Source of the DNA: Euprymna scolopes
Taxonomy: Eukaryota
Length of the DNA stretch: 64,000 nt
Strand: one strand, 5' to 3'
Assembly (NCBI GenBank): GCA_053919585.1
Contig: CM132796.1
A model generated the notes under the pieces. The model was given only the letters and a program-made list of their open reading frames with translations, ran no database searches and was not told the DNA's origin. Position 1 is the stretch's first letter. Every line of letters starts with the position of its first letter. The translations under genes were made by a program, and so were the position numbers. This document shows, in pieces, positions 26,601-39,272 of the stretch.

Positions 26601-29600
26601 TCTTTATTTAGACGAAATAATTGGAAATGGTCCTTATTAAGACGAAATTCTTGGAAATGGTCTTTATTTAGACGAAATTATTGGAAATGATCTTTATTTA
26701 GACGAAATTATTGGAAATGATCTTTATTTTTACGAAATTATTGGAAATGGTCTTTATTTAGATGAAATTCTTGGAAATGGTCTTTATTTAGACGACATTT
26801 TTGGAAATGGTCTTTATTTAGACGAAATTATTGGAAATGGTCTTTATTTAGACGAAATCTTTGGAAATGGTCTTTATTTAGGCAAAATTTTGGAAATGGT
26901 CTTTATTTAGACGAAATTATTGCAAATGGTCTTTATTTAGACGAAATTGTTTGAAATGGTCTTTATTTAGACGAAATTTTTGGAAATGGTCCTTATTTAG
27001 ACGAAATTATTGGAAATGATCTTTATTTAGAGGCAATTTTTGGAAATGGTCTTTATTTAGACGAAATTATTGGAAATGGTCTTTATTTAGACGAAATTTT
27101 TGGAAATGGTCTTATTTAAGTTGAAATTGTTGGAAATAGTCTTTATTTAGACGAAATTATTGGAAATGGTCCTTATTTAGACGAAATTATGCGAAATGGT
27201 CTTTATTTAGACGAAATTATTGGAAATGGTCTTTATTTAGACGAAATTATTGGAAATGGTCTTTATTTAGACGAAATTGTTGGAAATGGTCTTTATTTAG
27301 ACGAAATGATTGGAAATGGTCTTTATTTAGACGAAATTATTGGAAATGGTGTTTATTTAGACGAAATTTTTGGAAATGGTCTTTATTTAGACGAAATAAT
27401 TGGAAATGGTCCTTATTAAGACGAAATTCTTGGAAATGGTCTTTATTTAGACGAAATTATTGGAAAAGGTCTTTATTTAGACGAAATTATTGGAAATGAT
27501 CTTTATTTTTACGAAATTATTGGAAATGGTCTTTATTTAGATGAAATTCTTGGAAATGGTCTTTATTTAGACGACATTTTTGGAAATGGTCTTTATTTAG
27601 ACGAAATTATTGGAAATGGTCTTTATTTAGACGAAATCTTTGGAAATGGTCTTTATTTAGGCAAAATTTTGGAAATGGTCTTTATTTAGACGAAATTATT
27701 GCAAATGGTCTTTATTTAGACGAAATTGTTGGAAATGTTCTTTATTTAGACGAAATTATTGGAAATGATATTTATTTAGACGAAATTATTGCAAATGGTC
27801 TTTATTTAGACGAAATTTTTGGAAATGGTCCTTATTTAGACGAAATTATTGGAAATGATCTTTATTTAGAGGCAATTTTTGGAAATGGTCTTTATTTAAA
27901 CGAAAATTTTGGAAATGGTCTTTATTTAGACGAAATTATTGGAAATGGTCTTTATTAAGACGAAATTTTTGGAAATGGTCTTTATTTAGATGAAATTGTT
28001 GGAAATGGTCTTTATTTAGACGAAATTATTGGAAATGGTCCTTATTTAGACGAAATTATTCGAAATGGTCTTTATTTAGACGAAATTATTGGAAATGGTG
28101 TTTATTTAGACGAAATTATTGGAAATGGTGTTTATTTAGACGAAATTTTTGGAAATGGTCTTTATTTAGACGAAATAATTGGAAATGGTCCTTCCTGAGA
28201 CGAAGCCATTAGAAGTAATCGTGTTTTTAACGAAATTGTAAGAAAGGATCTTTAATTAGACGAAATTATTAAAAATGACGCTTACTTAGACAAAATTATT
28301 GGAAAATGGCTCATACTCAGACGAAATCATTAGAAATTATCTTTGTTTGGACGAAATTATTGGAAATGATCACAATTTTAACGAAATCCTAAGAAATATC
28401 CATTATTTAGACGAAATTATTTTAAATGATTCTTATTTTGAGAAAGATTTTTTAAATGATATTTACTTACATTACTTACAAATTATTGGAAATGGTCCTT
28501 ATTTAGACGAAATTATTGGAAATGGTCTTTATTAAGACGAAATTTTTGGAAATGGTCTTTATTTAGACGAAATTTTTGGAAATGGTCTTTATTTAGACGA
28601 AATTTTTGGAAATGGTCTTTATTTAGACGAAATGTTTTGAAATGGTCTTTATTTAGACGAAATTATTGGAAATGATCTTTATTTAGACGAAATTATTTTA
28701 AATGATTCTTATTTTGAGAAAGACTTTTTAAATGATATTTACTTACATTACTTACAAATTATTGGAAATGGTCCTTATTTAGACGAAATTATTGGAAATG
28801 GTCTTTATTAAGACGAAATTTTTGGAAATGGTCTTTATTTAGACGAAATTTTTGGAAATGGTCTTTATTTAGACGAAATAATTGGAAATGGTCTTTATTT
28901 AGACGAAATGTTTTGAAATGGTCTTTATTTAGACGAAATTATTGGAAATGATCTTTATTTAGACGAAATTATTTTAAATGATTCTTATTTTGAGAAAGAC
29001 TTTTTAAATGATATTTACTTACATTACTTACAAATTATTGGAAATGGTCCTTATTTAGACGAAATTAATGGAAATGGTCTTTATTAAGACGAAATTTTTG
29101 GAAATGGTCTTTATTTAGACGAAATTTTTGGAAATGGTCTTTATTTAGACGAAATTTTTGGAAATGGTCTTTATTTAGACGAAATTTTTTGAAATGGTCT
29201 TTATTTAGACGAAATTATTGGAAATGATCTTTATTTAGACGAAATTATTTTAAATGATTCTTATTTTGAGAAAGACTTTTTAAATGATATTTACTTACAT
29301 TACTTACAAATTATTGGAAATGGTCCTTATTTAGACGAAATTATTGGAAATGGTCTTTATTAAGACGAAATTTTTGGAAATGGTCTTTATTTAGACGAAA
29401 TTTTTGGAAATGGTCTTTATTTAGACGAAATTTTTGGAAATAATCTTTATTTAGACGAAATTATTGGAAATGATCTTTATTTAGACGAAATTATTGGAAA
29501 TGGTCTTTATTTAGACAAAATTTTTGGAAATGGTCTTTATTTGGACGAAATTATTGGAAATGATCTTTATTTTGACGAAATTATTGGAAATGATCTTTAT

Positions 29601-32600
29601 TTAGACGAAATTATTGGAAATGATCTTTATTTAGACGAAATTATTGGAAATGGTCTTTATTTAGACGAAATTTTTGGAAATGGTCTTTATTTAGACAAAA
29701 TTTTGGGAAATGGTCTTTATTTAGACGAACTTTTTTGAAATGGTCCTTATTTAGACGAAATTTTTGGAAATGGTCTTTATTTAGACGAAATTATTGGAAA
29801 TAGTCTGTATTTAGACGAAATTTTTGGAAATGGTCTTTATTTAGACGAAATTATTGGAAATGGTCTTTATTTGGACGAAATTATTGGAAATGATCTTTAT
29901 TTTGACGAAATTATTGGAAATGGTCTTTATTTAGACGAAATTTTTGGAAATGGTCTTTATTTAGACGAAATTTTTGGAAATGGTGTTTATTTAGACGAAA
30001 TTATTGGAAATGGTCTTTATTTAGACGAAATTTTTGGAAATGGTCTTATTAAAGTTGAAATTGTTGGAAATGGTCTTTATTTAGACGAAATTATTGGAAA
30101 TGGTCCTTATTTAGACGAAATTATGCGAAATGGTCTTTATTTAGACGAAATTATTGGAAATGGTCTTTATTTAGACGAAATTATTGGAAATGGTCTTTAT
30201 TTAGACGAAATTGTTGGAAATGGTGTTTATTTAGACGAAATTTTTTGAAATGGTCTTTATTTAGACGAAATTATTGGAAATGGTGTTTATTTAGACGAAA
30301 TTTTTGGAAATGGTCTTTATTTAGACGAAATAATTGGAAATGGTCCTTATTAAGACGAAATTCTTGGTTTAGACGAAATTATTGGAAATGGTCTTTATTT
30401 AGACGAAATTATTGGAAATGATCTTTATTTTTACGAAATTATTGGAAATGGTCTTTATTTAGATGAAATTCTTGGAAATGGTCTTTATTTAGACGACATT
30501 TTTGGAAATGGTCTTTATTTAGACGAAATTATTGGAAATGGTCTTTATTTAGACGAAATCTTGGAAATGGTCTTTATTTAGGCAAAATTTTGGAAATGGT
30601 CTTTATTTAGACGAAATTATTGCAAATGGTCTTTATTTAGACGAAATTGTTTGAAATGGTCTTTATTTAGACGAAATTATTGGAAATGATCTTTATTTAG
30701 ACGAAATTATTGCAAATGGTCTTTATTTAGACGAAATTTTTGGAAATGGTCCTTATTTAGACGAAATTATTGGAAATGATCTTTATTTAGAGGCAATTTT
30801 TGGAAATGGTCTTTATTTAGACGAAATTATTGGAAATGGTCTTTATTTAGACGAAAATTTTGGAAATGGTCTTTATTTAGACGAAATTATTGGAAATGGT
30901 CTTTATTAAGACGAAATTTTTGGAAATGGTCTTTATTTAGATGAAATTGTTGGAAATGGTCTTTATTTAGACGAAATTATTGGAAATGGTCCTTATTTAG
31001 ACGAAATTATTCGAAATGGTCTTTATTTAGACGAAATTATTGGAAATGGTGTTTATTTAGACGAAATTATTGGAAATGGTCTTTATTTAGACGAAATTAT
31101 TGGAAATGGTGTTTATTTAGACGAAATTTTTGGAAATGGTCTTTATTTAGACGAAATAATTGGAAATGGTCCTTCCTGAGACGAAGCCATTAGAAGTAAT
31201 CGTGTTTTTAACGAAATTGTAAGAAAGGATCTTTAATTAGACGAAATTATTAAAAATGACGCTTACTTAGACAAAATTATTGGAAAATGGCTCATACTCA
31301 GACGAAATCATTAGAAATTATCTTTGTTTGGACGAAATTATTGGAAATGATCACAATTTTAACGAAATCCTTAGAAATATCCATTATTTAGACGAAATTA
31401 TTTTAAATGATTCTTATTTTGAGAAAGACTTTTTAAATGATATTTACTTACATTACTTACAAATTATTGGAAATGGTCCTTATTTAGACGAAATTATTGG
31501 AAATGGTCTTTATTAAGACGAAATTTTTGGAAATGGTCTTTATTTAGACGAAATTTTTGGAAATGGTCTTTATTTAGACGAAATTTTTGGAAATGGTCTT
31601 TATTTAGACGAAATTTTTTGAAATGGTCTTTATTTAGACGAAATTATTGGAAATGATCTTTATTTAGACGAAATTATTTTAAATGATTCTTATTTTGAGA
31701 AAGACTTTTTAAATGATATTTACTTACATTACTTACAAATTATTGGAAATGGTCCTTATTTAGACGAAATTATTGGAAATGGTCTTTATTAAGACGAAAT
31801 TTTTGGAAATGGTCTTTATTTAGACGAAATTTTTGGAAATGGTCTTTATTTAGACGAAATTTTTGGAAATAATCTTTATTTAGACGAAATTATTGGAAAT
31901 GATCTTTATTTAGACGAAATTATTGGAAATGGTCTTTATTTAGACAAAATTTTTCGAAATGGTCTTTATTTGGACGAAATTATTGGAAATGATCTTTATT
32001 TTGACGAAATTATTGGAAATGATCTTTATTTAGACGAAATTATTGGAAATGGTCTTTATTTAGACGAAATTTTTGGAAATGGTCTTTATTTAGACAAAAT
32101 TTTTGGAAATGGTCTTTATTTAGACGAACTTTTTTGAAATGGTCTTTATTTAGACGAAATTTTTGGAAATGGTCTTTATTTAGACGAAATTATTGGAAAT
32201 AGTCTTTATTTAGACGAAATTTTTGGAAATGGTCTTTATTTAGACGAAATTATTGGAAATGGTCTTTATTTGGACGAAATTATTGGAAATGATCTTTATT
32301 TTGACGAAATTATTGGAAATGGTCTTTATTTAGACGAAATTTTTGGAAATGGTCTTTATTTAGACGAAATTTTTGGAAATGGTGTTTATTTAGACGAAAT
32401 TATTGGAAATGGTCTTTATTTAGACGAAATTTTTGGAAATGGTCTTATTTAAGTTGAAATTGTTGGAAATGGTCTTTATTTAGACGAAATTATTGGAAAT
32501 GGTCCTTATTTAGACGAAATTATGCGAAATGGTCTTTATTTAGACGAAATTATTGGAAATGGTCTTTATTTAGACGAAATTTTTGGAAATGGTCTTTATT

Positions 32601-34109
32601 TAGACGAAATGATTGGAAATGGTCTTTATTTAGACGAAATTATTGGAAATGGTGTTTATTTAGACGAAATTTTTGGAAATGGTCTTTATTTAGACGAAAT
32701 AATTGGAAATGGTCCTTATTAAGACGAAATTCTTGGAAATGGTCTTTATTTAGACGAAATTATTGGAAATGATCTTTATTTAGACGAAATTATTGGAAAT
32801 GATCTTTATTTTTACGAAATTATTGGAAATGGTCTTTATTTAGATGAAATTCTTGGAAATGGTCTTTATTTAGACGACATTTTTGGAAATGGTCTTTATT
32901 TAGACGAAATTATTGGAAATGGTCTTTATTTAGACGAAATCTTTGGAAATGGTCTTTATTTAGGCAAAATTTTGGAAATGGTCTTTATTTAGACGAAATT
33001 ATTGCAAATGGTCTTTATTTAGACGAAATTGTTGGAAATGGTCTTTATTTAGACGAAATTTTTGGAAATGGTCCTTATTTAGACGAAATTATTGGAAATG
33101 ATCTTTATTTAGAGGCAATTTTTGGAAATGGTCTTTATTTAGACGAAATTATTGGAAATGGTCTTTATTTAGACGAAAATTTATGAAATGGTCTTTATTT
33201 AGACGAAATTATTGGAAATGGTCTTTATTAAGACGAAATTTTTGGAAATGGTCTTTATTTAGATGAAATTGTTGGAAATGGTCTTTATTTAGACGAAATT
33301 ATTGGAAATGGTTCTTATTTAGACGAAATTATTCGAAATGGTCTTTATTTAGACGAAATTATTGGAAATGGTGTTTATTTAGACGAAATTATTGCAAATG
33401 GTCTTTATTTAGACGAAATTATTGGAAATGGTCTTTATTTAGACGAAATTATTGGAAATGGTGTTTATTTAGACGAAATTATTGGAAATGGTGTTTATTT
33501 AGACGAAATAATTGGAAATGGTCCTTATTAAGATGAAATTATTGGAAATGGTCTTTATTTAGACGAAATTATTGGAAATGGTCTTTATTTAGACGAAATT
33601 CTTGGAAATGGTCTTTATTTAGACGAAATTCTTGGAAATGGTCCTTATTTAGACGAAATTGTTGGAAATGGTGTTTATTTAGACGAAATTATTGGAAATG
33701 GTCTTTATTTAGACGAAATTATTGGAAATGGTCTTTATTTAAACGTAATTATTGGAAATGGTCTTTATTTAGACGAAATTTTTGGAAATTGTCTTTATTC
33801 AGACGGAATTATTGGAAATTGTCTTTATTTAGACGAAATTATTGGAAATGATCTTTATTTAGACGAAATTATTGGAAATGGTCTTTATTTAGACGAAATT
33901 ATTGGAAATGGTGTTTATGTAGACGAAATTATTGGAAATGGTCTTTATTTAGACGATATTATTGGAAATGGTCTTTATTTAGACGAAATTATTGGAAATG
34001 GTCTTTATTTAGACGAAATTATTGGAAATGGTCTTTATTTAGACGAAATTATTGGAAATGGTCTTAATTTAGACGAAATTATTAGAAATGGTCTTTATTT
34101 AGACGAAAT

Positions 34110-34165
34110 ATTTCCAAAAATTTCGTCTAAATAAAGACCATTTCCAATAATTTCGTCTAAATAAA
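34110..34165 (-). repeat. Inverted segment of about two satellite monomers
   Basis: atttccaaaaatttcgtctaaataaagaccatttccaataatttcgtctaaataaa is the reverse complement of core monomers. Confidence 0.95.
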
Positions 34166-34295
34166 TTTAGATGAAATGGTCTTTATTTAGACGTAATTTT
34201 TCGAAATGATCCTTATTTACAGGAAATATTTAGAGTAGACCTTATTTAGACCTAATCATTAAACATGATCCTTTTTTTTACAAAATCATTAGAAA

Positions 34296-34397
34296 CGATT
34301 ACTATGATATTGTCCTGTTGACCAATGTACAATCTTTAACCCTTATCCTCGAGTGGCCCCTGAGCCTTGATAAGTGGTGATTCCTTTGTAAAAAATA
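34296..34397 (+). mobile_element. Severely 5'-truncated CR1 3' UTR inserted in the satellite
   Basis: Matches the reverse complement of 49801-49905 and the tail at 42747-42805 (ccttatcc...gccttgataagtggtga...ttgtaaaaaa). Confidence 0.88.
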
Positions 34398-36115
34398 TAT
34401 TGGAAACGATCTTTACTTAGAAGAAATTATTAGAAATAATCCTTATTTAGAGAAAGTATTTAAAATTATATTTACTTTGACGAACTCATAAGAAATGATC
34501 TTAACTTAGACAAAATCAGTAGAAATGATCCATATTAAGACGAAATTATTAGAAATTATCCATAATTAGACTAAAAAATTGGTAATGGTTCTTACTTAGA
34601 CGAAATTATTAGAAATGATTCTTATTTAAACGAAATTATTAGAATAGATCCTTATTTCGACGAAATCATCAGAAATTATCCATATTTAGATGCGATAATT
34701 GGAAACTATCCCTACTTGGACGAAATTATTAGAAATGATCCTTATTTAGACGAAATTATTAGAAATTATCCATACTTGGACGAAATTACGGGAAATAGTC
34801 CTTACTTTGACAAAATCATTACAAATGATCCTTAATGAGACGAAATTTTTAGAAATGATTTTTATTTAAGCGAAATTATTTGAAATGACCATCAATTAGA
34901 CGAAATCATTAGAAATAATCCTTATTTGTAAGAAATCATTAGAAATGATCCTTATTTAGACGAAATCATACGAAATGATTTGAAATAGTCCTTATTTACA
35001 GGAAATTATTTAAAATGATATTTCCTTAAGCGAAATCATCAGAAATAATCTTTACTTAGGCGAAATCATTTGAAATGATTCTTATTTATACGAAATTCTA
35101 AGAAGTGATTTTTTTACTTTGATGAAATCATTAGAAATGCTACTTACAAAATTGTGAGAAATGATTCCTTAAGTAGACGAAATGATTTGAGATGAACCTT
35201 ACTTAGAGAAAATCATTAGAAATGTTCTATATTATAACAAAATTATTAGAAAAGATCCTTATTTAGACGAAATTTTAAGGATGATCCTTATTTAGATGAA
35301 TTCATTAGAAATTATCTTTAATTAGATGAACTTATTGAAAATGATTTTTACTTAGACAAAATCATCAAAAATGGCTTTATTTAAAGAAAATTAGTTACAA
35401 TGAAGCTTACTTAGAAATCATCCTTACTTCGACGAAATCATTAGAAACGACCCTTATTTAGACCAGATGATTAGAAATGATGCTTACTTAGACGTGATCA
35501 TTAGAAATGATCTTTATATAGACGACATTATTAGAAATGATCCTTATTTAGAAGAAATTATTAGAAATGATCCTTACTTAAACGAAATCATTACACATGA
35601 TAAATACTTAAACAGGATTGATGGAAACGATCCTTACCTAGGCAGAATTATTGGAAATGATCTTTTCTTAGACGAAATAATTAGAAATGATCTTTATTAA
35701 GACGAAATTATTTGAAATGGTCATAATTTAAACAAAATAATAAGAAATGGTCTTTATTTAGATGTAAGTATTATAAATTATCCTTATTTAGACGAATTTG
35801 TAGAAATGATCGTTACTTAGACATATTCATAAATCATTAGAAAGTTTTCCTTTTTAGACGTAATTATTTGAAATGAACTTTATTCAGAAGAAATCATTAG
35901 AAATAGTTATTACTTAGACGAAATTATTGGAAATGAGTCTTACTTGGACGAAATAATTAGAAATAATCTTTATTTAGACGAAATTATTTGAAATTATATT
36001 TACTTAAACGAAATGATTTGAAATGATCTTTACTTAAACAAAGTCATTAGAAATGATCCTTATTTAGAGAAAATCATTAGAAATGATTCTTTGTTAGACG
36101 AAATGATTAGTACAA

Positions 36116-37148
36116 CTAGATTACCCGTCCCATTACGGGTAAAATTAATTCCAAATCTGAATAGTTTTCACCACTTTTATATTACTTTACAAAATTAAAA
36201 TCAATCGATATAATGTTATCGATATAATATTCTGCTTGTTCCCTTTCTTAATTACTTCGTACGTTATTCTTTGAAAAAAAAATCCAATTCAAATTCTTTA
36301 ACTAGAAACTGCTTCAAAATAGGCCAATTTCGCGAAATTTGGGCAATCTGACAACCCTGGACAAGAATATGAGAGTGACCTTGCGAATCTCATTAAAATA
36401 ATATATGATCATTGTTGCGATATTGTGATAAAAGAACTCGTAGTAAATTCGACGTCCGGCGTTTCTTCACAGAAGGAAGAATTCGGCGAAATGTTGCGTA
36501 AAAAAAAAGGAACATTGCAATGAAACAGTACAGGAAAAATTGCCAAAAGGTACTGGAATGAAGGAGTAAGTTAAAGAGTGTCTCTTACAATGTGATTTTA
36601 TTATTTGTAGTGAACTATGTAGCACAATATTACTTTCTGACTATTTATTAGTACTTATTAATATATCTCATTTTGGTCAGCTTTATATTTAAATACGATG
36701 GACAGTATTTTTTTATAGAAATGTCAATCAACTCATATCTGCTGCGTGTTATTAGTTTTTCGATCCAAAGAACTGCACCATCCTTAAAAAAATACCAGCT
36801 TTATCATAACATATTTGCTCATTCACTATATTTACACGAGCCCTGTTAGTGTATTTTAATTTTCAACTAAGGCTTTCGCTATTTTATTATCCCCTAAAAA
36901 TACTTTCAAGACAAAATTGAAATTCCATGAAATTTTAATAAATGATGTTTTCACAAAAATCGGACACATCTGAATTTTTCATGACGGGTTTCCACTTTCT
37001 CTTTGTCCCCTTTGTATGAAGCTAAATTAATTTAAATATATCCCACATTCGGATACCTTATGCATAGTAGCTTTGTTCACAATGATCGGTCCAATAGTTT
37101 AGAGGTGAACCTTGTGCATTCAAACATAACTGACTTTTCAAAGATAGA
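36116..37148 (-). mobile_element. Non-autonomous Helitron
   Basis: Minus-strand 3' end: hairpin ttacccgt-aatggg-acgggtaa then CTAG|T. Probable A|TC 5' end at 37148. Confidence 0.65.
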
Positions 37149-37178
37149 TATAATAGCCAATTTATATGAATGTATATC

Positions 37179-37724
37179 TATGAAACTGGCGCAAAATATT
37201 AGCCGATTTCCAATTTCATCTTGAAAATGAAAAATTGTGTTTCTGAAAATCTTTATTTATAACAATAACGATATCTGCTCTCTACAACTTGATTCCATAC
37301 GTGAACGAGATTATAAATTTATCGCTTATGTGAAATATGAATCAAACTCATGTTTAATCTCTTCTTTTGATATTAACGTAAGGCCATCTAAATGGTTTTG
37401 TAATCATTGAAATAAGTAATAATCATAAGGAGCTAGGTTGGTAGAATATGGGGGATGGGGCCAGATTTTCCAATCAAATTCTCCTTGGACATCTTAGGTC
37501 GATAATCACGTGTGAAGACGAGCATTATCATGATGGAAGATGATTCTCTTTTGGTTGACTAAAGAAGCTCATTTTTGGATCAACATGTGTAAGAATATAC
37601 CAGAAAAAACTGAATTATGTTTTAATAATACGAAAGAAAATTAATCATGGTGATATGTTTAAGTAATAAAAATATGCATCAATTAAATTACAATTAAGAA
37701 ACCGACAAAAACTCTTGCACCGAC

Positions 37725-37730
<6 letters not shown>
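37179..37730 (-). mobile_element. Internally deleted mariner (Tc1/mariner) element
   Basis: The minus strand reads VNQKRIIFHHDNARLH...WPHPPYSTNLAPYDYYLFQ*LQNHLDG, i.e. the HDNARPH and YSPDLAP motifs. TIR tatcaggtcggtgcaagagtttttgtcggtttc at 37730, with a degenerate partner at ~37179-37210. Confidence 0.9.
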
Positions 37731-37796
<66 letters not shown>

Positions 37797-38555
37797 AGTA
37801 TGTTGATGCCTTCTGAGATAGTCATGTGTATGTCTTATCTGTCTCGGTCTGTTAACATTTATCTAAGGATCTGATTTTGCTCAAGATTCAAATATATATT
37901 TATATATTTTTCTTCTAGTCCTTATTTCCACATAACCATTTCTATTAATATGTTTTGTTTAATTTTTATAATTTTCTAGTTGTAATTTTCATGAATGTAA
38001 AATGTATTTGAGGATATACTCGCGTTTATCATTCTCACTATTACGAATTCTACGCATCTCACCAAATGCAATTTAACACCTTCCCCCATTGTGAAGTACT
38101 CGACATCCTCAGCATTGGTAAAGATTATATTGCTTTCGCACCCGACATTTCACGCTATCGAAATCCTAGCCCTTCTTTCTGTACATATCACCCAGATTGG
38201 TATCGAATTACAGCCATTACACCTCGTGAACTGGCGATCAAATGATGAAGAACCGACAGACTCAGTTCCTTCCTTGTAATATGATGCCTACGCGAAACTT
38301 GTCTAGGAATAAGAACTTAGAGAATTTGTCCTACTTCTGGCGGAAAAGTTACTTACCTGGCATTTTTATAGGTATTCAGTAAATGAAACCACGAATCCGC
38401 AAACAGAGAAAGACACACACGCCAAAACTCACACACATATATTTGTAATATTTTGCGTACATAAGTTAATTATGGGCGTTCATTTCTTGCTAATAGTCAT
38501 CAGCATGAGTTGACTTTGGCAAGGAGTGAACCCAAAACTACATTAAAATATAAAC

Positions 38556-38604
<49 letters not shown>

Positions 38605-38751
38605 ATTTGTTTTTTGTTTTTTGCGATACGTTTTGAATGAATTCAATTATTTACGTAAGTGCCTTTTTACCTAAATGCGAGTTGGTAATAATTTTCCCTT
38701 TAACCAATTTGGTACCCCCATATGGAAAGCGGTATATAAGTTCTTTTTAAA

Positions 38752-38808
38752 ATATAATTATCCACTGACACGTGGTGGGTCGTGGACAACGAAACACGTG
38801 TCAGTAGA

Positions 38809-38817
<9 letters not shown>
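38752..38817. repeat. 23-bp-arm hairpin (mini-MITE-like)
   Basis: atataattatccactgacacgtg / cacgtgtcagtagataattatat, one mismatch, 20-nt spacer. Confidence 0.75.
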
Positions 38818-38892
<75 letters not shown>

Positions 38893-38896
38893 GAAT

Positions 38897-39270
38897 AAAT
38901 GACAAAAAGTTATATTCCTTTTATATAACTTTTTGTCATTTAATCTCTATATTGCTCTGTAATTACATTGAGCTTCTTAATAAGGATTGATATATAATAA
39001 GAAAATATATTTCTACAGAAATATATATACATATGTGTGTGTGTGCGTGTGTTTGTGTGTATTTATGGGTAAAATATGTTTATTCAATTATATTTCACCT
39101 TTTTTAATCCAATCTTTAATTTTTGAAGCTTCATGTTACTACAGAGCATATACAAATAAATGACAAAAAGTCTATATTCCAAATTACCGTTTATTTCTTT
39201 CGACATGTTAAGATGTTTAATACTTGATAGCACCTGTTTCGTAGCGCAGAATCATTTATGTAATTATAAT
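38897..39270. repeat. Head-to-head copies of the unclassified repeat, with a 19-bp-arm palindrome
   Basis: aaatgacaaaaagttatat / atataactttttgtcattt at 38897-38941; homologous to 2005-2230. Confidence 0.7.
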
Positions 39271-39272
39271 GT

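Larger units (their letters stand above)
9385..36110 (+). repeat. 30-bp tandem satellite array (~890 monomers) with higher-order structure
   Basis: Core consensus TATTTAGACGAAATTATTGGAAATGGTCTT (~9810-34109); flank consensus TATTTAGACGAAATTATTAGAAATGATCCT (~9385-9810 and ~34170-36110). Confidence 0.99.

Noticed and set aside
9385-36110. CRISPR array or intact giant CDS
   Set aside because: Monomers are contiguous with no unique spacers and there are no cas genes. Both open frames are broken every few hundred bases by stops and 29/31-bp monomers.
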